Below the pieces are notes generated by a model. The model was not told the origin of the DNA, searched no databases, and saw nothing but the letters and a program-made list of their open reading frames with translations. The position numbers were made by a program, and so were the translations under genes. From NCBI GenBank assembly GCA_048538235.1, contig JBLYPX010000001.1, forward strand, positions 8,013 to 72,012: a stretch of DNA of 64,000 bases. Direction: 5' to 3'. Origin of the DNA: Candidatus Komeilibacteria bacterium (GTDB lineage Bacteria; Patescibacteriota; Patescibacteriia; UBA1558). Below, piece after piece: positions 9,815 to 18,932 of this stretch; positions within the stretch are counted from its first letter, which is position 1, and each line of letters starts with the position of its first letter.

Positions 9815-10137
9815 ATATTATGAAATTAAAAAAATTATCTAATTCAAAAATTGGTCTATTACAAGCCCTGGGTGTGACAGCCTATTGCTTGTTAGTTTCT
9901 CAAGTATTTAGACTAATGGAAACTCTTCAACCAGATGTGCCGGATTGGGTAGCAGCCACTACCATGTTATTATTGCTGGTTATTTCTGCTTCGGTGGTTG
10001 GTTCTTTGGTGTTTGGCTATGCTGCCTATTCTTTATTAAGAAAAGATGTTAAGGAGGCGCTGCATGTTTTGGGTTATACATTATTGTATGGCATTGGCAT
10101 ATTTATGATTATTTTATTCTTTGTTAGCTTAAGTTAA
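9799..10137 (+). CDS. membrane protein, hypothetical
   Basis: 112 aa, 3 hydrophobic segments; start uncertain (overlaps tspO end). Confidence 0.35.
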   Translation: MAVKLNIMKLKKLSNSKIGLLQALGVTAYCLLVSQVFRLMETLQPDVPDWVAATTMLLLLVISASVVGSLVFGYAAYSLLRKDVKEALHVLGYTLLYGIGIFMIILFFVSLS

Positions 10138-10895
10138 TGTTATTAGATTTATTATTTTTTTCACTTTTAATACAGGCAGTTTTATTTGTGGCGGCTTTTA
10201 TTAAGCAGACAGACAAACTTACAGATTTCTCGTATGGTTTAACTTTTGTAATTTTAGCTATTACAGGATTATTCCAAAGCTCTAAATTAGTTGGACACTA
10301 CATTTTAACAGCTATGATTGTTTTGTGGGCCTTACGGCTAGCAGTCTATCTTGTAATTAGGATAAGGAAAATTAAAAAGGATAAGAGATTTGATGGTATC
10401 AGAGAGAAATTTTTATCATTTGCTGGCTTTTGGTTGTTGCAGGGTATTACGATTTGGGTGGTTTTAATTTCATCAATATTTTATTATCAAGAAGCAGTAG
10501 AGTTTAATAGCTTATCTATTATAGGTATGGCTATATATTTATTTGGACTATATTTTGAATCATTGGCAGATATGCAGAAATATAGACACATTAATAATCC
10601 AAATAATAAAGATAGGTGGATACAAACTGGGTTATGGAAATATTCTAGACATCCAAATTATTTTGGTGAAATTTGTGTTTGGTTGGGCGTATATCTATTT
10701 GTTTTTCCAACCTTGCATTTCCCTTTAAGTCTTATAGCACTTTTAAGCCCATTATATATAACCATATTACTTCTATTTGTTAGTGGAATACCAAAGTTAG
10801 AAAAATATGCAGATAATAGATGGGGAAACGATCAAGAGTATTTAAAGTATAAGGAATCAACTAGTATATTAATTCCTTGGTTTAATAAAAAGTAA
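10137..10895 (+). CDS. DUF1295 / steroid 5-alpha-reductase-like family membrane protein
   Basis: Multi-TM with YSRHPNYFGE motif typical of DUF1295 / ICMT-like methyltransferase-reductase superfamily. Confidence 0.5.
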   Translation: MLLDLLFFSLLIQAVLFVAAFIKQTDKLTDFSYGLTFVILAITGLFQSSKLVGHYILTAMIVLWALRLAVYLVIRIRKIKKDKRFDGIREKFLSFAGFWLLQGITIWVVLISSIFYYQEAVEFNSLSIIGMAIYLFGLYFESLADMQKYRHINNPNNKDRWIQTGLWKYSRHPNYFGEICVWLGVYLFVFPTLHFPLSLIALLSPLYITILLLFVSGIPKLEKYADNRWGNDQEYLKYKESTSILIPWFNKK

Positions 10896-11224
10896 TGAGA
10901 ATTTGGGATATTAGTCCAAAGAATTTATGTAGGCAACATCTTTTAGGTGAGCATAGAGAGCTTCATGCTATTTGGACTGTATTAATAGAAAACAAAAAAG
11001 GGTATAGCAAACACCCCGAAACATTAAGGTGGAAAGGTAAATTAAAAGCACTGTATCTAAGACATGAAAAGTTAGTTAAAGAAATGAAAAGGAGAGGATA
11101 TAATCATTTATCTCCACTAGATAAACGTTATGCTAGAGGAAAGAACATACAGAATGTATATATAGATAAACCTAGTAAACAAAAAGAACTGTTAAATAAT
11201 AAAGATTGCGATTGTAAATTATGA
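10895..11224 (+). CDS. pyrimidine dimer DNA glycosylase / AP lyase (T4 endonuclease V-like, Pyr_excise family)
   Basis: N-terminus MRIWDISPKNLCRQHLLGEHRELHAIW aligns with T4 DenV [28 protein letters not shown]; downstream YLRHEKLVKEMKRRGYN vs FLRKRQIELIAECLKRGFN. Confidence 0.55.
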   Translation: MRIWDISPKNLCRQHLLGEHRELHAIWTVLIENKKGYSKHPETLRWKGKLKALYLRHEKLVKEMKRRGYNHLSPLDKRYARGKNIQNVYIDKPSKQKELLNNKDCDCKL

Positions 11225-11985
11225 AAATTATATCTTGGAATGTTAATGGAATAAGAGCTATTCAGAAAAAAGGTTTTTTAGATTGGTTTAAAAAACAAAA
11301 GGCAGGCATTATTTGTATTCAAGAAACTAAAGCCCAGATTGATCAATTAGACGACAGTCTAGTAAACATTCCTGGTTATGTTTCTTTTTTTAATTCAGCA
11401 GAAAGAAAAGGATATAGTGGTGTGGCTATTTGGACCAAAGAAAAACCTTTAAAGGTTGTAATGAAAATGGGTAGTAAAGATTTAGATAATGAAGGTAGGT
11501 TATTACAATTAGATTTTAAGAAGTTCACTTTACTTAATGTATACTTTCCCAACGGTGGTCAAGGCGATCACAGGCTTCAGTATAAAATGGAGTTTTATGA
11601 TAAGTTTTTAAAACATATTAATAAATTAAAAAAACAAGGTAAAAAGATTGTCTTTTGTGGAGATGTAAATACAGCTCATCAGGAAATAGATTTAGCACGG
11701 CCTAAAGAGAATGAAAATAATACAGGTTTTTTACCAGAAGAAAGAGCTTGGCTGGATAAAGTTATTGCTAATGATTATTTAGATACTTTCAGAATATTTA
11801 ACAGTAAAGGTAATAATTATACTTGGTGGGATTACAAAACAAGAGCTCGTGAAAGAAATGTTGGTTGGCGTATAGATTATTTCTTTATTAGTAAAAATTT
11901 AAAAAGTAAAATAACTAAAGCTAGTATACATAATAAAGTAATTGGCTCAGATCATTGTCCAATTAGTATAGAATTAAATATATAA
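11221..11985 (+). CDS. xth: exodeoxyribonuclease III (AP endonuclease)
   Basis: MKIISWNVNGIRA, IICIQETK, GSDHCPISIELN conserved ExoIII motifs; 4 nt start/stop overlap with upstream gene. Confidence 0.85.
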   Translation: MKIISWNVNGIRAIQKKGFLDWFKKQKAGIICIQETKAQIDQLDDSLVNIPGYVSFFNSAERKGYSGVAIWTKEKPLKVVMKMGSKDLDNEGRLLQLDFKKFTLLNVYFPNGGQGDHRLQYKMEFYDKFLKHINKLKKQGKKIVFCGDVNTAHQEIDLARPKENENNTGFLPEERAWLDKVIANDYLDTFRIFNSKGNNYTWWDYKTRARERNVGWRIDYFFISKNLKSKITKASIHNKVIGSDHCPISIELNI

Positions 11986-11989
11986 TCAT

Positions 11990-12259
11990 ATGGTAAAAAA
12001 ACATTTTACAACTGAAGAAGCTAAACAAATTGGAGAAGAGTTAGGTTTAATATGGGATAAGTTTGATGTAGAACAATTTCGAATGGGAATGGATGTAGAA
12101 TTAGAGCATGGCGAGAAAGATCCAGAAACAGATGTAACTCACGATAATCCTTTAACTGTTGGAAAGATAGCCCTAGCTCATCTTAATGAATTTCCAGATT
12201 ATTACACTCGTTTAGATAAAATGGAAGAAGAGGCAGAAGAATTTTGGGAGAATAAATAA
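11990..12259 (+). CDS. hypothetical protein (conserved-looking, acidic)
   Basis: 89 aa ORF. Confidence 0.4.
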   Translation: MVKKHFTTEEAKQIGEELGLIWDKFDVEQFRMGMDVELEHGEKDPETDVTHDNPLTVGKIALAHLNEFPDYYTRLDKMEEEAEEFWENK

Positions 12260-12260
12260 T

Positions 12261-12407
12261 ATGCCAAAGTATAAATATGAAGGAAAGTTTAAATGTGGTA
12301 ATTGTAGTAAAACATTTACTAAAAAAGGTACATGTAGACCAAAAGCATGTCCTAGTTGCAATGCAGATAAACTTGGGTTAAAATTAATAAGCAAAAAAGA
12401 ACTTTAA
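12261..12407 (+). CDS. zinc-ribbon small protein (48 aa, CxxC...CxxC)
   Basis: MPKYKYEGKFKCGNCSKTFTKKGTCRPKACPSCNADKLGLKLISKKEL; tightly packed after upstream stop. Confidence 0.35.
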   Translation: MPKYKYEGKFKCGNCSKTFTKKGTCRPKACPSCNADKLGLKLISKKEL

Positions 12408-12424
12408 TTATTAATTAAAAATAT

Positions 12425-12682
12425 ATGCCATATGATGTACCGGTAGAAAAACTACCACAAGATGTTCATGATCGTAATAAAGCAATTAATTCTTTAAGAG
12501 AAGAGTTAGAAGCTATAGACTTCTATGATCAACGCATGCATGTTGTTCAAGATGAAGAGCTAAAAAAGATTTTAGCCCACAATAGAGATGAAGAAAAAGA
12601 ACACGCTGCTATGTTGATTGAATGGTTAAGAAAGAATGACGAGGTTTTTGACAAAGAGTTTACAGAACACGATAAAGTCTAA
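12425..12682 (+). CDS. small ferritin-like (EncFtn-like ExxH motif) protein, tentative
   Basis: 85 aa helical acidic protein with EELEAIDFYDQRMH and EEKEHAAML motifs; hairpin terminator cccctta-ttttt-taagggg at 12690..12712. Confidence 0.3.
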   Translation: MPYDVPVEKLPQDVHDRNKAINSLREELEAIDFYDQRMHVVQDEELKKILAHNRDEEKEHAAMLIEWLRKNDEVFDKEFTEHDKV

Positions 12683-12730
12683 TTTTAATCCCCTTATTTT
12701 TTAAGGGGATTTTATTATTAATATAAAATT

Positions 12731-14035
12731 ATGGGAATTGTTTTTAAATTTATAAAATGGATAGCTATTATTGTAATATTAGTTGTCGGTATAATGTTTG
12801 TCTTTAAATTATGTCCACCGCCAGGTCCTTGGATGTCACCACCATGGTGTGTAGATAATAGCTTTGAAGCAATTGAGTATGAAACAACTCACGAGCCCGG
12901 TCATTTATCTCAAGTAAAGGCTGTTAATATGTCAGATACCTGGGGTAGAAATTACAATTTTAATATGATTGAGAATACTCGTAATAATATAGACAGCTCA
13001 TTTGCTAGAGTAGCTGGTTTGGGAGCAGAAGAGGTGTATGTTAATGATTTCCATATGGCTAAATATGAAGAGGATGATAATTTTACGAGCTTAGATTATG
13101 AGATAGTTGATGAAATATTTTTGAATGATTTACGTGATGAGGCTATGACTGAAGATGATATTGATGATTTAGTAAAAGCTGCTCACGATAATGGTATGAA
13201 ACTTGGTATTAAACATAATATGGCTTTTGTAGATATTGGTAAGTATATTGGTCTTTCAGATATAGCTGGTAGCGTTCAAGAAGATTATGCAAATTTTAAT
13301 TCTGGTCATACAGCAGAGTGGATTAATGACTTCTTTGACAAATGGACGGTCAGGTTAGTAAAAAAAGCACAGATGTATGATAAATACGGAGTAGATATTA
13401 TAAGTATTACACCAACTTGGATGGGACCAACCTTTGTGGGTCAAGAAGATTTAGCAAATACCAGATGGAGAGAGTTAATTACAGAACTTAGAAATAATTT
13501 TAGTGGTGAAATACAAACACTTGTTAGTTATTATGGTTTTGTTGATGGAGTTGATGGTCAAGAAGATTGGTCTAAGTATGATTATTACCAATTAGCAGAT
13601 ATTGTTGAGCTAGATGTTTATGAACTACCAACTAAGTATGGCTTAATAGATAATCCTAGTATTGATCAAATGGAAAAAGTCTGGGATAAATTTTTTGCAG
13701 ATACTACTAAAAGATCAAAAGCTGAAGGATTTAAATTAACTGTTATGGCTTCAATATTTTCTGTACCAAATGCTTTGAATAATGGTATTGTAGAGTTTTA
13801 TGACATTATCGGTGATGCTTTAGATGGAATTGTGAAGGATTGGGATTATCAGGCAGATGCTTTTCAAGCATTATTTAAATCTTTAGAAAATAATGAAGAT
13901 ATAGATAGAATTATTATTGGTGGTTATTGGTGGGATGATGCTATGGATCCATTAGTTAAGCCCAGAATTTCTTTATCTCAAAGTATTCGTAATAAACCAG
14001 CCCAAGCAGTGGTTGAAAAATGGTTTAAAAATTAA
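12731..14035 (+). CDS. membrane-anchored hypothetical protein (possible TIM-barrel glycosyl-hydrolase-like fold)
   Basis: N-terminal TM then 400 aa acidic domain; terminator caccctcac-tttt-gagggtg at ~14052..14078. Confidence 0.35.
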   Translation: MGIVFKFIKWIAIIVILVVGIMFVFKLCPPPGPWMSPPWCVDNSFEAIEYETTHEPGHLSQVKAVNMSDTWGRNYNFNMIENTRNNIDSSFARVAGLGAEEVYVNDFHMAKYEEDDNFTSLDYEIVDEIFLNDLRDEAMTEDDIDDLVKAAHDNGMKLGIKHNMAFVDIGKYIGLSDIAGSVQEDYANFNSGHTAEWINDFFDKWTVRLVKKAQMYDKYGVDIISITPTWMGPTFVGQEDLANTRWRELITELRNNFSGEIQTLVSYYGFVDGVDGQEDWSKYDYYQLADIVELDVYELPTKYGLIDNPSIDQMEKVWDKFFADTTKRSKAEGFKLTVMASIFSVPNALNNGIVEFYDIIGDALDGIVKDWDYQADAFQALFKSLENNEDIDRIIIGGYWWDDAMDPLVKPRISLSQSIRNKPAQAVVEKWFKN

Positions 14036-14133
14036 AACATTAATATTAAACACCCTCACTTTTGAGGGTGTTTTTTAATTGTTTAAATTGAAATAAATTG
14101 GTATAAATATACGTATAATAGTGTAGACACATT

Positions 14134-14697
14134 ATGCATGATATAGATTGTACAAAGCTATCTGGCAAAGATATAGCTGAGCGGGTTGTTGCGAGTCCGG
14201 ACTTTTTTTATTGCATAGTTAGGAGCTATGAAGGTCAATTAAAAGCATATATTGCTAGAATTACTAACGTAGACAATGAAGAAGTAGAAGATATTTTACA
14301 GGAGGCTTTTATTAAAGTTTATGAGAATATTAATAGTTATGATTCAGATTTTAAGTTCTCCTCTTGGCTTTACCGTATAGTACGTAATGAAACAATTAGT
14401 CATTGGCGTAAGAATAAAAAAAGACTTGAGGATGTTCAATTAGATATTACAGAGGATTTTATTTCTAACCTAAGAGCAGATACAGATTTAAATACAGAAT
14501 TGGATGAAAAGTTTGTAAAAGAAGATATTCAAAAAGCTTTGAATAAATTACCGTTTAAGTATAAAGAAGTATTGGTTTTAAGATATATAGAGGATAGAGA
14601 TTATAAAGATATTGGAGATATTATTAAGAAACCAGTTAATACAGTAGGCACTCTAATTTCTAGAGCTAAAAAAGAATTAAAAAATATTTTAGAATAA
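14134..14697 (+). CDS. ECF-type RNA polymerase sigma factor (sigma-70 family)
   Basis: Region 2 (EDILQEAFIKVYENI, FSSWLYRIVRNETISHWRK) and region 4 HTH (VLVLRYIEDRDYKDIGDIIKKPVNTVGTLISRAKKEL). Confidence 0.8.
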   Translation: MHDIDCTKLSGKDIAERVVASPDFFYCIVRSYEGQLKAYIARITNVDNEEVEDILQEAFIKVYENINSYDSDFKFSSWLYRIVRNETISHWRKNKKRLEDVQLDITEDFISNLRADTDLNTELDEKFVKEDIQKALNKLPFKYKEVLVLRYIEDRDYKDIGDIIKKPVNTVGTLISRAKKELKNILE

Positions 14698-14698
14698 T

Positions 14699-15478
14699 AT
14701 GACAATAACAGATGATATAAAAGAAAAAATAAAAGAAAAACACATTAAGCCAAGAGCTAAATGGAAGTTTTTAGTTGCTAATTATGGTTGGTGGCTATTA
14801 TTTGGATTATTATTCTTAATAACCAGTATTGGTTTTGGAGTTGTTTTGTATTTACTTATAGGCTCTGACTGGGAGATAGTTAGATTGGTTTCCTCTGGTT
14901 TTTGGGGAAGACTTGTATTAGTAATGCCAAGATTATGGTTGGGTTTATTAGCAATAACAACCATACTAGCCGTTTGGGAGTTTAGAAAAACTAGAAAAGG
15001 TTATCGTTATGACATTGCTATTATTTTAGCAGCAGTTGTATTAGGTAGCATGTTGTTTGGTACTTTAGTCTATTCTTCTGGCTTGGGTGAAAGATTGGAT
15101 ACGATTCTTACAGATAATATGCCTTTATATAGAGGTAGGTTACATCAACAAATGGATTTATGGGATCGGGCTGACCAGGGTTTCTTAATTGGCCGCGTTA
15201 TAGATTTTGATAACAATCATATAATATTAAACGCTCCTCATGGCATAGAATATAGTATAGATATTAGTAGAATGGAAAATATAGAGGATCTAGATTTAGA
15301 AATAGATTCTGTTTTAAAGGTAGCTGGAGAATTAATGGAAGATGTATTCTTTGCAAATAATATAGTAGAGCTAGAAATGGAAAGGTTTGTTGATGACCAC
15401 AGACCACCGCTACGCCCATTTATGTCACCAAGGGGGATGCAGGGTGAAAGATTTTCACCGCTACCTGCGTATAAATAA
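14699..15478 (+). CDS. membrane protein, putative anti-sigma factor (by position)
   Basis: Starts 2 nt after sigma factor stop; 4 TM helices then soluble domain. Confidence 0.4.
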   Translation: MTITDDIKEKIKEKHIKPRAKWKFLVANYGWWLLFGLLFLITSIGFGVVLYLLIGSDWEIVRLVSSGFWGRLVLVMPRLWLGLLAITTILAVWEFRKTRKGYRYDIAIILAAVVLGSMLFGTLVYSSGLGERLDTILTDNMPLYRGRLHQQMDLWDRADQGFLIGRVIDFDNNHIILNAPHGIEYSIDISRMENIEDLDLEIDSVLKVAGELMEDVFFANNIVELEMERFVDDHRPPLRPFMSPRGMQGERFSPLPAYK

Positions 15479-15515
15479 GTGTAGCTACTGATTATTAATT
15501 ATTAACAAACATAAT

Positions 15516-15920
15516 ATGAACAAATACATTATTTTCTCAGTAATTGGTTTGGCAATTATATTATCCGCTGGTACAGCCCTTGCATACCAAGGAGATATGG
15601 CTCCAAAAATGAATAAGGAAGATATGCAGCAGCATCGTGAAGAAATGCAAGCTATCTTCGATAATAATGAATATGGTGCATGGCAAACTGAAATGACCAC
15701 TAGAGCCGATGAAATGCAAGCGCATGTTAATGAAATGAGAGCTAGTATAAATGAAGACACATTTAACAAGATGTCTGAAATGCATGAATTAATGCAAGCT
15801 GGTGATTATGAAGCCGCTCAAGCACTTAGAGAAGAATTAGGTATTGGGGGGTTTGGAAAGGGATTTGGTAGACACGGAGGCATGAGAGAAGGTAGATTCC
15901 AACCTCAGTCTGCTGAATAA
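15516..15920 (+). CDS. secreted Met/Glu/Gln-rich repeat protein (EMQA repeats)
   Basis: Signal peptide, repeated (D/E)EMQA(I/H) units; bidirectional terminator gggaacac-agtt-gtgttccc at ~15948..15975. Confidence 0.45.
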   Translation: MNKYIIFSVIGLAIILSAGTALAYQGDMAPKMNKEDMQQHREEMQAIFDNNEYGAWQTEMTTRADEMQAHVNEMRASINEDTFNKMSEMHELMQAGDYEAAQALREELGIGGFGKGFGRHGGMREGRFQPQSAE

Positions 15921-15989
15921 AATTTATATAGGATATAGGTAAAGAAAAAAGGGAACACAGTTGTGTTCCCTTTTTGGGTTGTTTAGGAA

Positions 15990-17891
15990 TTATTCCTTTT
16001 TTTGCGAACGGAGAAATTTTTTCAGAGCTTCTGGATCGACGTTTTTCAATTCGTCACTTTCCAGTAGCTTGCTCCTCTGTTCTTGTTCGTCGATTCTATT
16101 TAGTTCTTTACTCACTATTTTTTGGTTTTCCATATAGCGAGCTTGAACTGGACTTTCGTCGTTAATAACAATGGAAGGTATGTCGAAGGTTTCGCAGGTG
16201 ATCACCTTTTCACCGGTAGAGATGTATGTTAGTACAACCTCATCACCAGGTTCCATGAATAGAACCTTGGGTGTTGAATAGGAGTAAACAGCCTGAAAGA
16301 TTTTGGCTTCCCCGGTAATTGTAAATGGAAAAGCTTGTTGTTCTCCATCAAGTATCGGTGTGCCAACTCGGGCTATTTTTCCTGCGAGGGTCATGGTAGT
16401 CAGTTCACCACCAGCTGGTGCGAAGTTTCCGTTTTTTGACTTGGCCATTGCAGCACGGTAATTGTTCAGTGCTTTTTCAAGTGTTTTCCCCATCGCACTG
16501 ATATCTTTATTGCGTAATGACACAAGCGAAACACCCTTAAACTGTCCCTGGTACGTAATTGGAATAACATAGGTTATTTGCCCGTAGATATTGTATGGCA
16601 CAAGCTCTGTTGGTTCATAACCATCAAAGTTACTCCACATGGATTTAGCAGTTGCGTAGGCGATTCTTTCGGTGACACCGCTGGCTTTGAAGAATTTTGT
16701 CTTACCAGTTTTGGCGTCTGAAAGAGTAAAGCCGGTCAAAGCCTGATCGCCTTCATTAAAGCTCGTAAAACCAGAGAACCACTGACAGTTTTCACCACTG
16801 TAAGTCATATACCAACCATTAGTTGGTTTTTGTGACTTATCATTGTGAAATACTGTGTAAGACCAGGTTGCGTTGGCATACTCACCCCACTTGGAGATTT
16901 GATGATCAAGCACGTCAACTGGTATACCACGGTCGATCCAGCTTGGAATTTCATCAACCTTATATAGGTTAATATCTCCAGTTTGCAGGTTTAGATCAAC
17001 AACTCCGGTCAGGGCCCAACCAGTATAGCCGGTTGTTCTTTCAAGAGTAGAAACAGTGTAATGAGGGTCCCAATTGTCGTCTGGTTCAAATGTCCAGTCG
17101 TCGAGAAGCACATTCATGTAACCATTTTTTCTCAAATACCGTTCAGCGTTGTTTTCAAAGTAAGCACTATTGAGATATTTGATGTGAATTGCACTTCCTT
17201 CCTTGTTCACCTGTACAGCCTGGGCATCGCTAAAGGGATTTTCTGCTGATACACGCAAATAGCCGGGGACCTGTCGATCTTGTTTCCATTTAAAATATGT
17301 TTGAAATTCAACAGGAAACACCCACCACAGTTGTCCGTCGACATATTGCTTAGTACCATCACCAATACTGTAGCGTGAGCCAGCGACGATATCTCCAGAT
17401 ACCTTGAAACGACTCAGGGCGGCATTTGCCTTCACCTTTGCCATATCTTCAGATACCAGACAGATGTGTGTTGGGTCAGCCGGTTCCAGAACAGACTCGA
17501 GGTCTGTTACGATATCAACCTCGCCTATCAACTCAGATTTTTGAGCTGAATTGAACATGTCGCTGGTGTTAATTAAACCGGCAAAAAATATAGCATAGGC
17601 TATATAAATTATAGCCAGAAAAAACCCTGGCCATGTAATTTCTTCGAAATCGCCGCTCAACCAACCTCCTAAGAATCCTCCAATAATGATGGAAAAAAGG
17701 AAAGGGGTTGGGCCATAGATGCCAATTGAAAACTTCCAATAGAGGAAAGTTAGCACAAAGCCATAAATGAGACCGCCAAAGAATCCTTTGGTGATTGCCT
17801 CTTTTGTATCAGATCCACTAAGACCTGCAATTAAACTGGTTAGAAACACCGAGCCGAATGCTACAAGCATTCCGATTAGCATGTAAGACAT
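15990..17891 (-). CDS. large membrane protein with ~4 N-terminal TM helices and ~480 aa extracytoplasmic domain, unknown function; higher GC
   Basis: 633 aa uninterrupted ORF; G/C-richer codon usage than neighbours. Confidence 0.5.
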   Translation of the reverse strand: MSYMLIGMLVAFGSVFLTSLIAGLSGSDTKEAITKGFFGGLIYGFVLTFLYWKFSIGIYGPTPFLFSIIIGGFLGGWLSGDFEEITWPGFFLAIIYIAYAIFFAGLINTSDMFNSAQKSELIGEVDIVTDLESVLEPADPTHICLVSEDMAKVKANAALSRFKVSGDIVAGSRYSIGDGTKQYVDGQLWWVFPVEFQTYFKWKQDRQVPGYLRVSAENPFSDAQAVQVNKEGSAIHIKYLNSAYFENNAERYLRKNGYMNVLLDDWTFEPDDNWDPHYTVSTLERTTGYTGWALTGVVDLNLQTGDINLYKVDEIPSWIDRGIPVDVLDHQISKWGEYANATWSYTVFHNDKSQKPTNGWYMTYSGENCQWFSGFTSFNEGDQALTGFTLSDAKTGKTKFFKASGVTERIAYATAKSMWSNFDGYEPTELVPYNIYGQITYVIPITYQGQFKGVSLVSLRNKDISAMGKTLEKALNNYRAAMAKSKNGNFAPAGGELTTMTLAGKIARVGTPILDGEQQAFPFTITGEAKIFQAVYSYSTPKVLFMEPGDEVVLTYISTGEKVITCETFDIPSIVINDESPVQARYMENQKIVSKELNRIDEQEQRSKLLESDELKNVDPEALKKFLRSQKKE

Positions 17892-18059
17892 ACTATCCCT
17901 CCTTATTTGGGGTTATTAGGTTTTTAAGCTGCTCATTCACACATGAGAATGAATAGAAAAATTTAGCAGATATTATAGTTATTGTCAAGAGTTTTGTAGT
18001 GTTAAAGCAAAACAAAAAACCCCAGATAAACTGGGGTTTTATAATTCTATGTATAATTC

Positions 18060-18317
18060 TTACATTTCAGCTTTAGGAGCTTCTTCAGTACTTTCATCAG
18101 CCATTGGCTCTGGAGCAGCTGGTGCTGGCATTTCTGGGGCTACAGGAGCAGCTACAGCTGGTTTTTCCTTACCAACCATGCTTAGTACAAATAGTACTAC
18201 ACCTACTACTAATATTAGCCAATTTAGCCAAAAACCTTGTCCTGCTAAAATCCAGATTAATCCTACTAAAAATAGGACAATTCCTAGGATCATAAGGGTC
18301 ATTTTCTTGCTTTTCAT
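18060..18317 (-). CDS. small membrane protein with Ala/Pro-rich acidic tail
   Basis: 2 TM then APVAPEMPAPAAPEP tail; hairpin aaaaccccag-ataaa-ctggggtttt at 18019..18044 lies downstream on the minus strand. Confidence 0.4.
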   Translation of the reverse strand: MKSKKMTLMILGIVLFLVGLIWILAGQGFWLNWLILVVGVVLFVLSMVGKEKPAVAAPVAPEMPAPAAPEPMADESTEEAPKAEM

Positions 18318-18460
18318 AATGATTTACCTTTCAATTAGGTTATTATTTATTTAAATCTCCTTCATTATAGCAGATGAATAGGGGATGTGATACAGTTGAC
18401 CTGTGCATAATATCTCAGTATAATGATAATAGTTCTCATTATTAATGATAATTATTCTCA

Positions 18461-18874
18461 ATGAGTAGTAATAATATACACTTACCTAAGGGCAAAAGAT
18501 TAACAAAGTCTAAACAGATAATATTAGACTATTTTTCTAATAACCAGGAACATATTACAGCTGATGAGCTATACAAGAAGCTTATAGCTCAATTACCTGG
18601 TATTGGTCTAGCTACTGTTTATAGGAATTTGAATGATTTAGCTTCTTTAGGTATATTAAAACAACTGTCATATCCTAATATGCCTGTATATTATGAATAT
18701 GCGGGAGAGGCTCATTCTCATTTTTATTGCGATTATTGTCATAAGATATATGATATTGAGGCACCGGGTAAAAAGATTGAAGCAAATAGAGCGTGGCAAG
18801 GTCATTATATTAAAGATGTGAATATTGAATTAAAAGGTATTTGTAAAAATTGTATGGTCGACTATTTTGGATAG
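18461..18874 (+). CDS. Fur family transcriptional regulator (Fur/Zur/PerR)
   Basis: Winged-helix region ADELYKKL...GLATVYRNLNDLASLGIL, metal sites HSHFYCDYCHKIYD and CKNC. Confidence 0.8.
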   Translation: MSSNNIHLPKGKRLTKSKQIILDYFSNNQEHITADELYKKLIAQLPGIGLATVYRNLNDLASLGILKQLSYPNMPVYYEYAGEAHSHFYCDYCHKIYDIEAPGKKIEANRAWQGHYIKDVNIELKGICKNCMVDYFG

Positions 18875-18932
18875 TATATGAATGCTACTAAGTAAATTAG
18901 TAATATTCATATAATCATTATTCAAATAACAT

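Noticed and set aside
18049-18354. Plus-strand 101-aa ORF (Ala/Gly/Ser/Thr-rich) and nested 18104..18295 ORF
   Set aside because: Low-complexity translation. The minus-strand 85-aa membrane-protein frame with a properly placed downstream terminator is more plausible.
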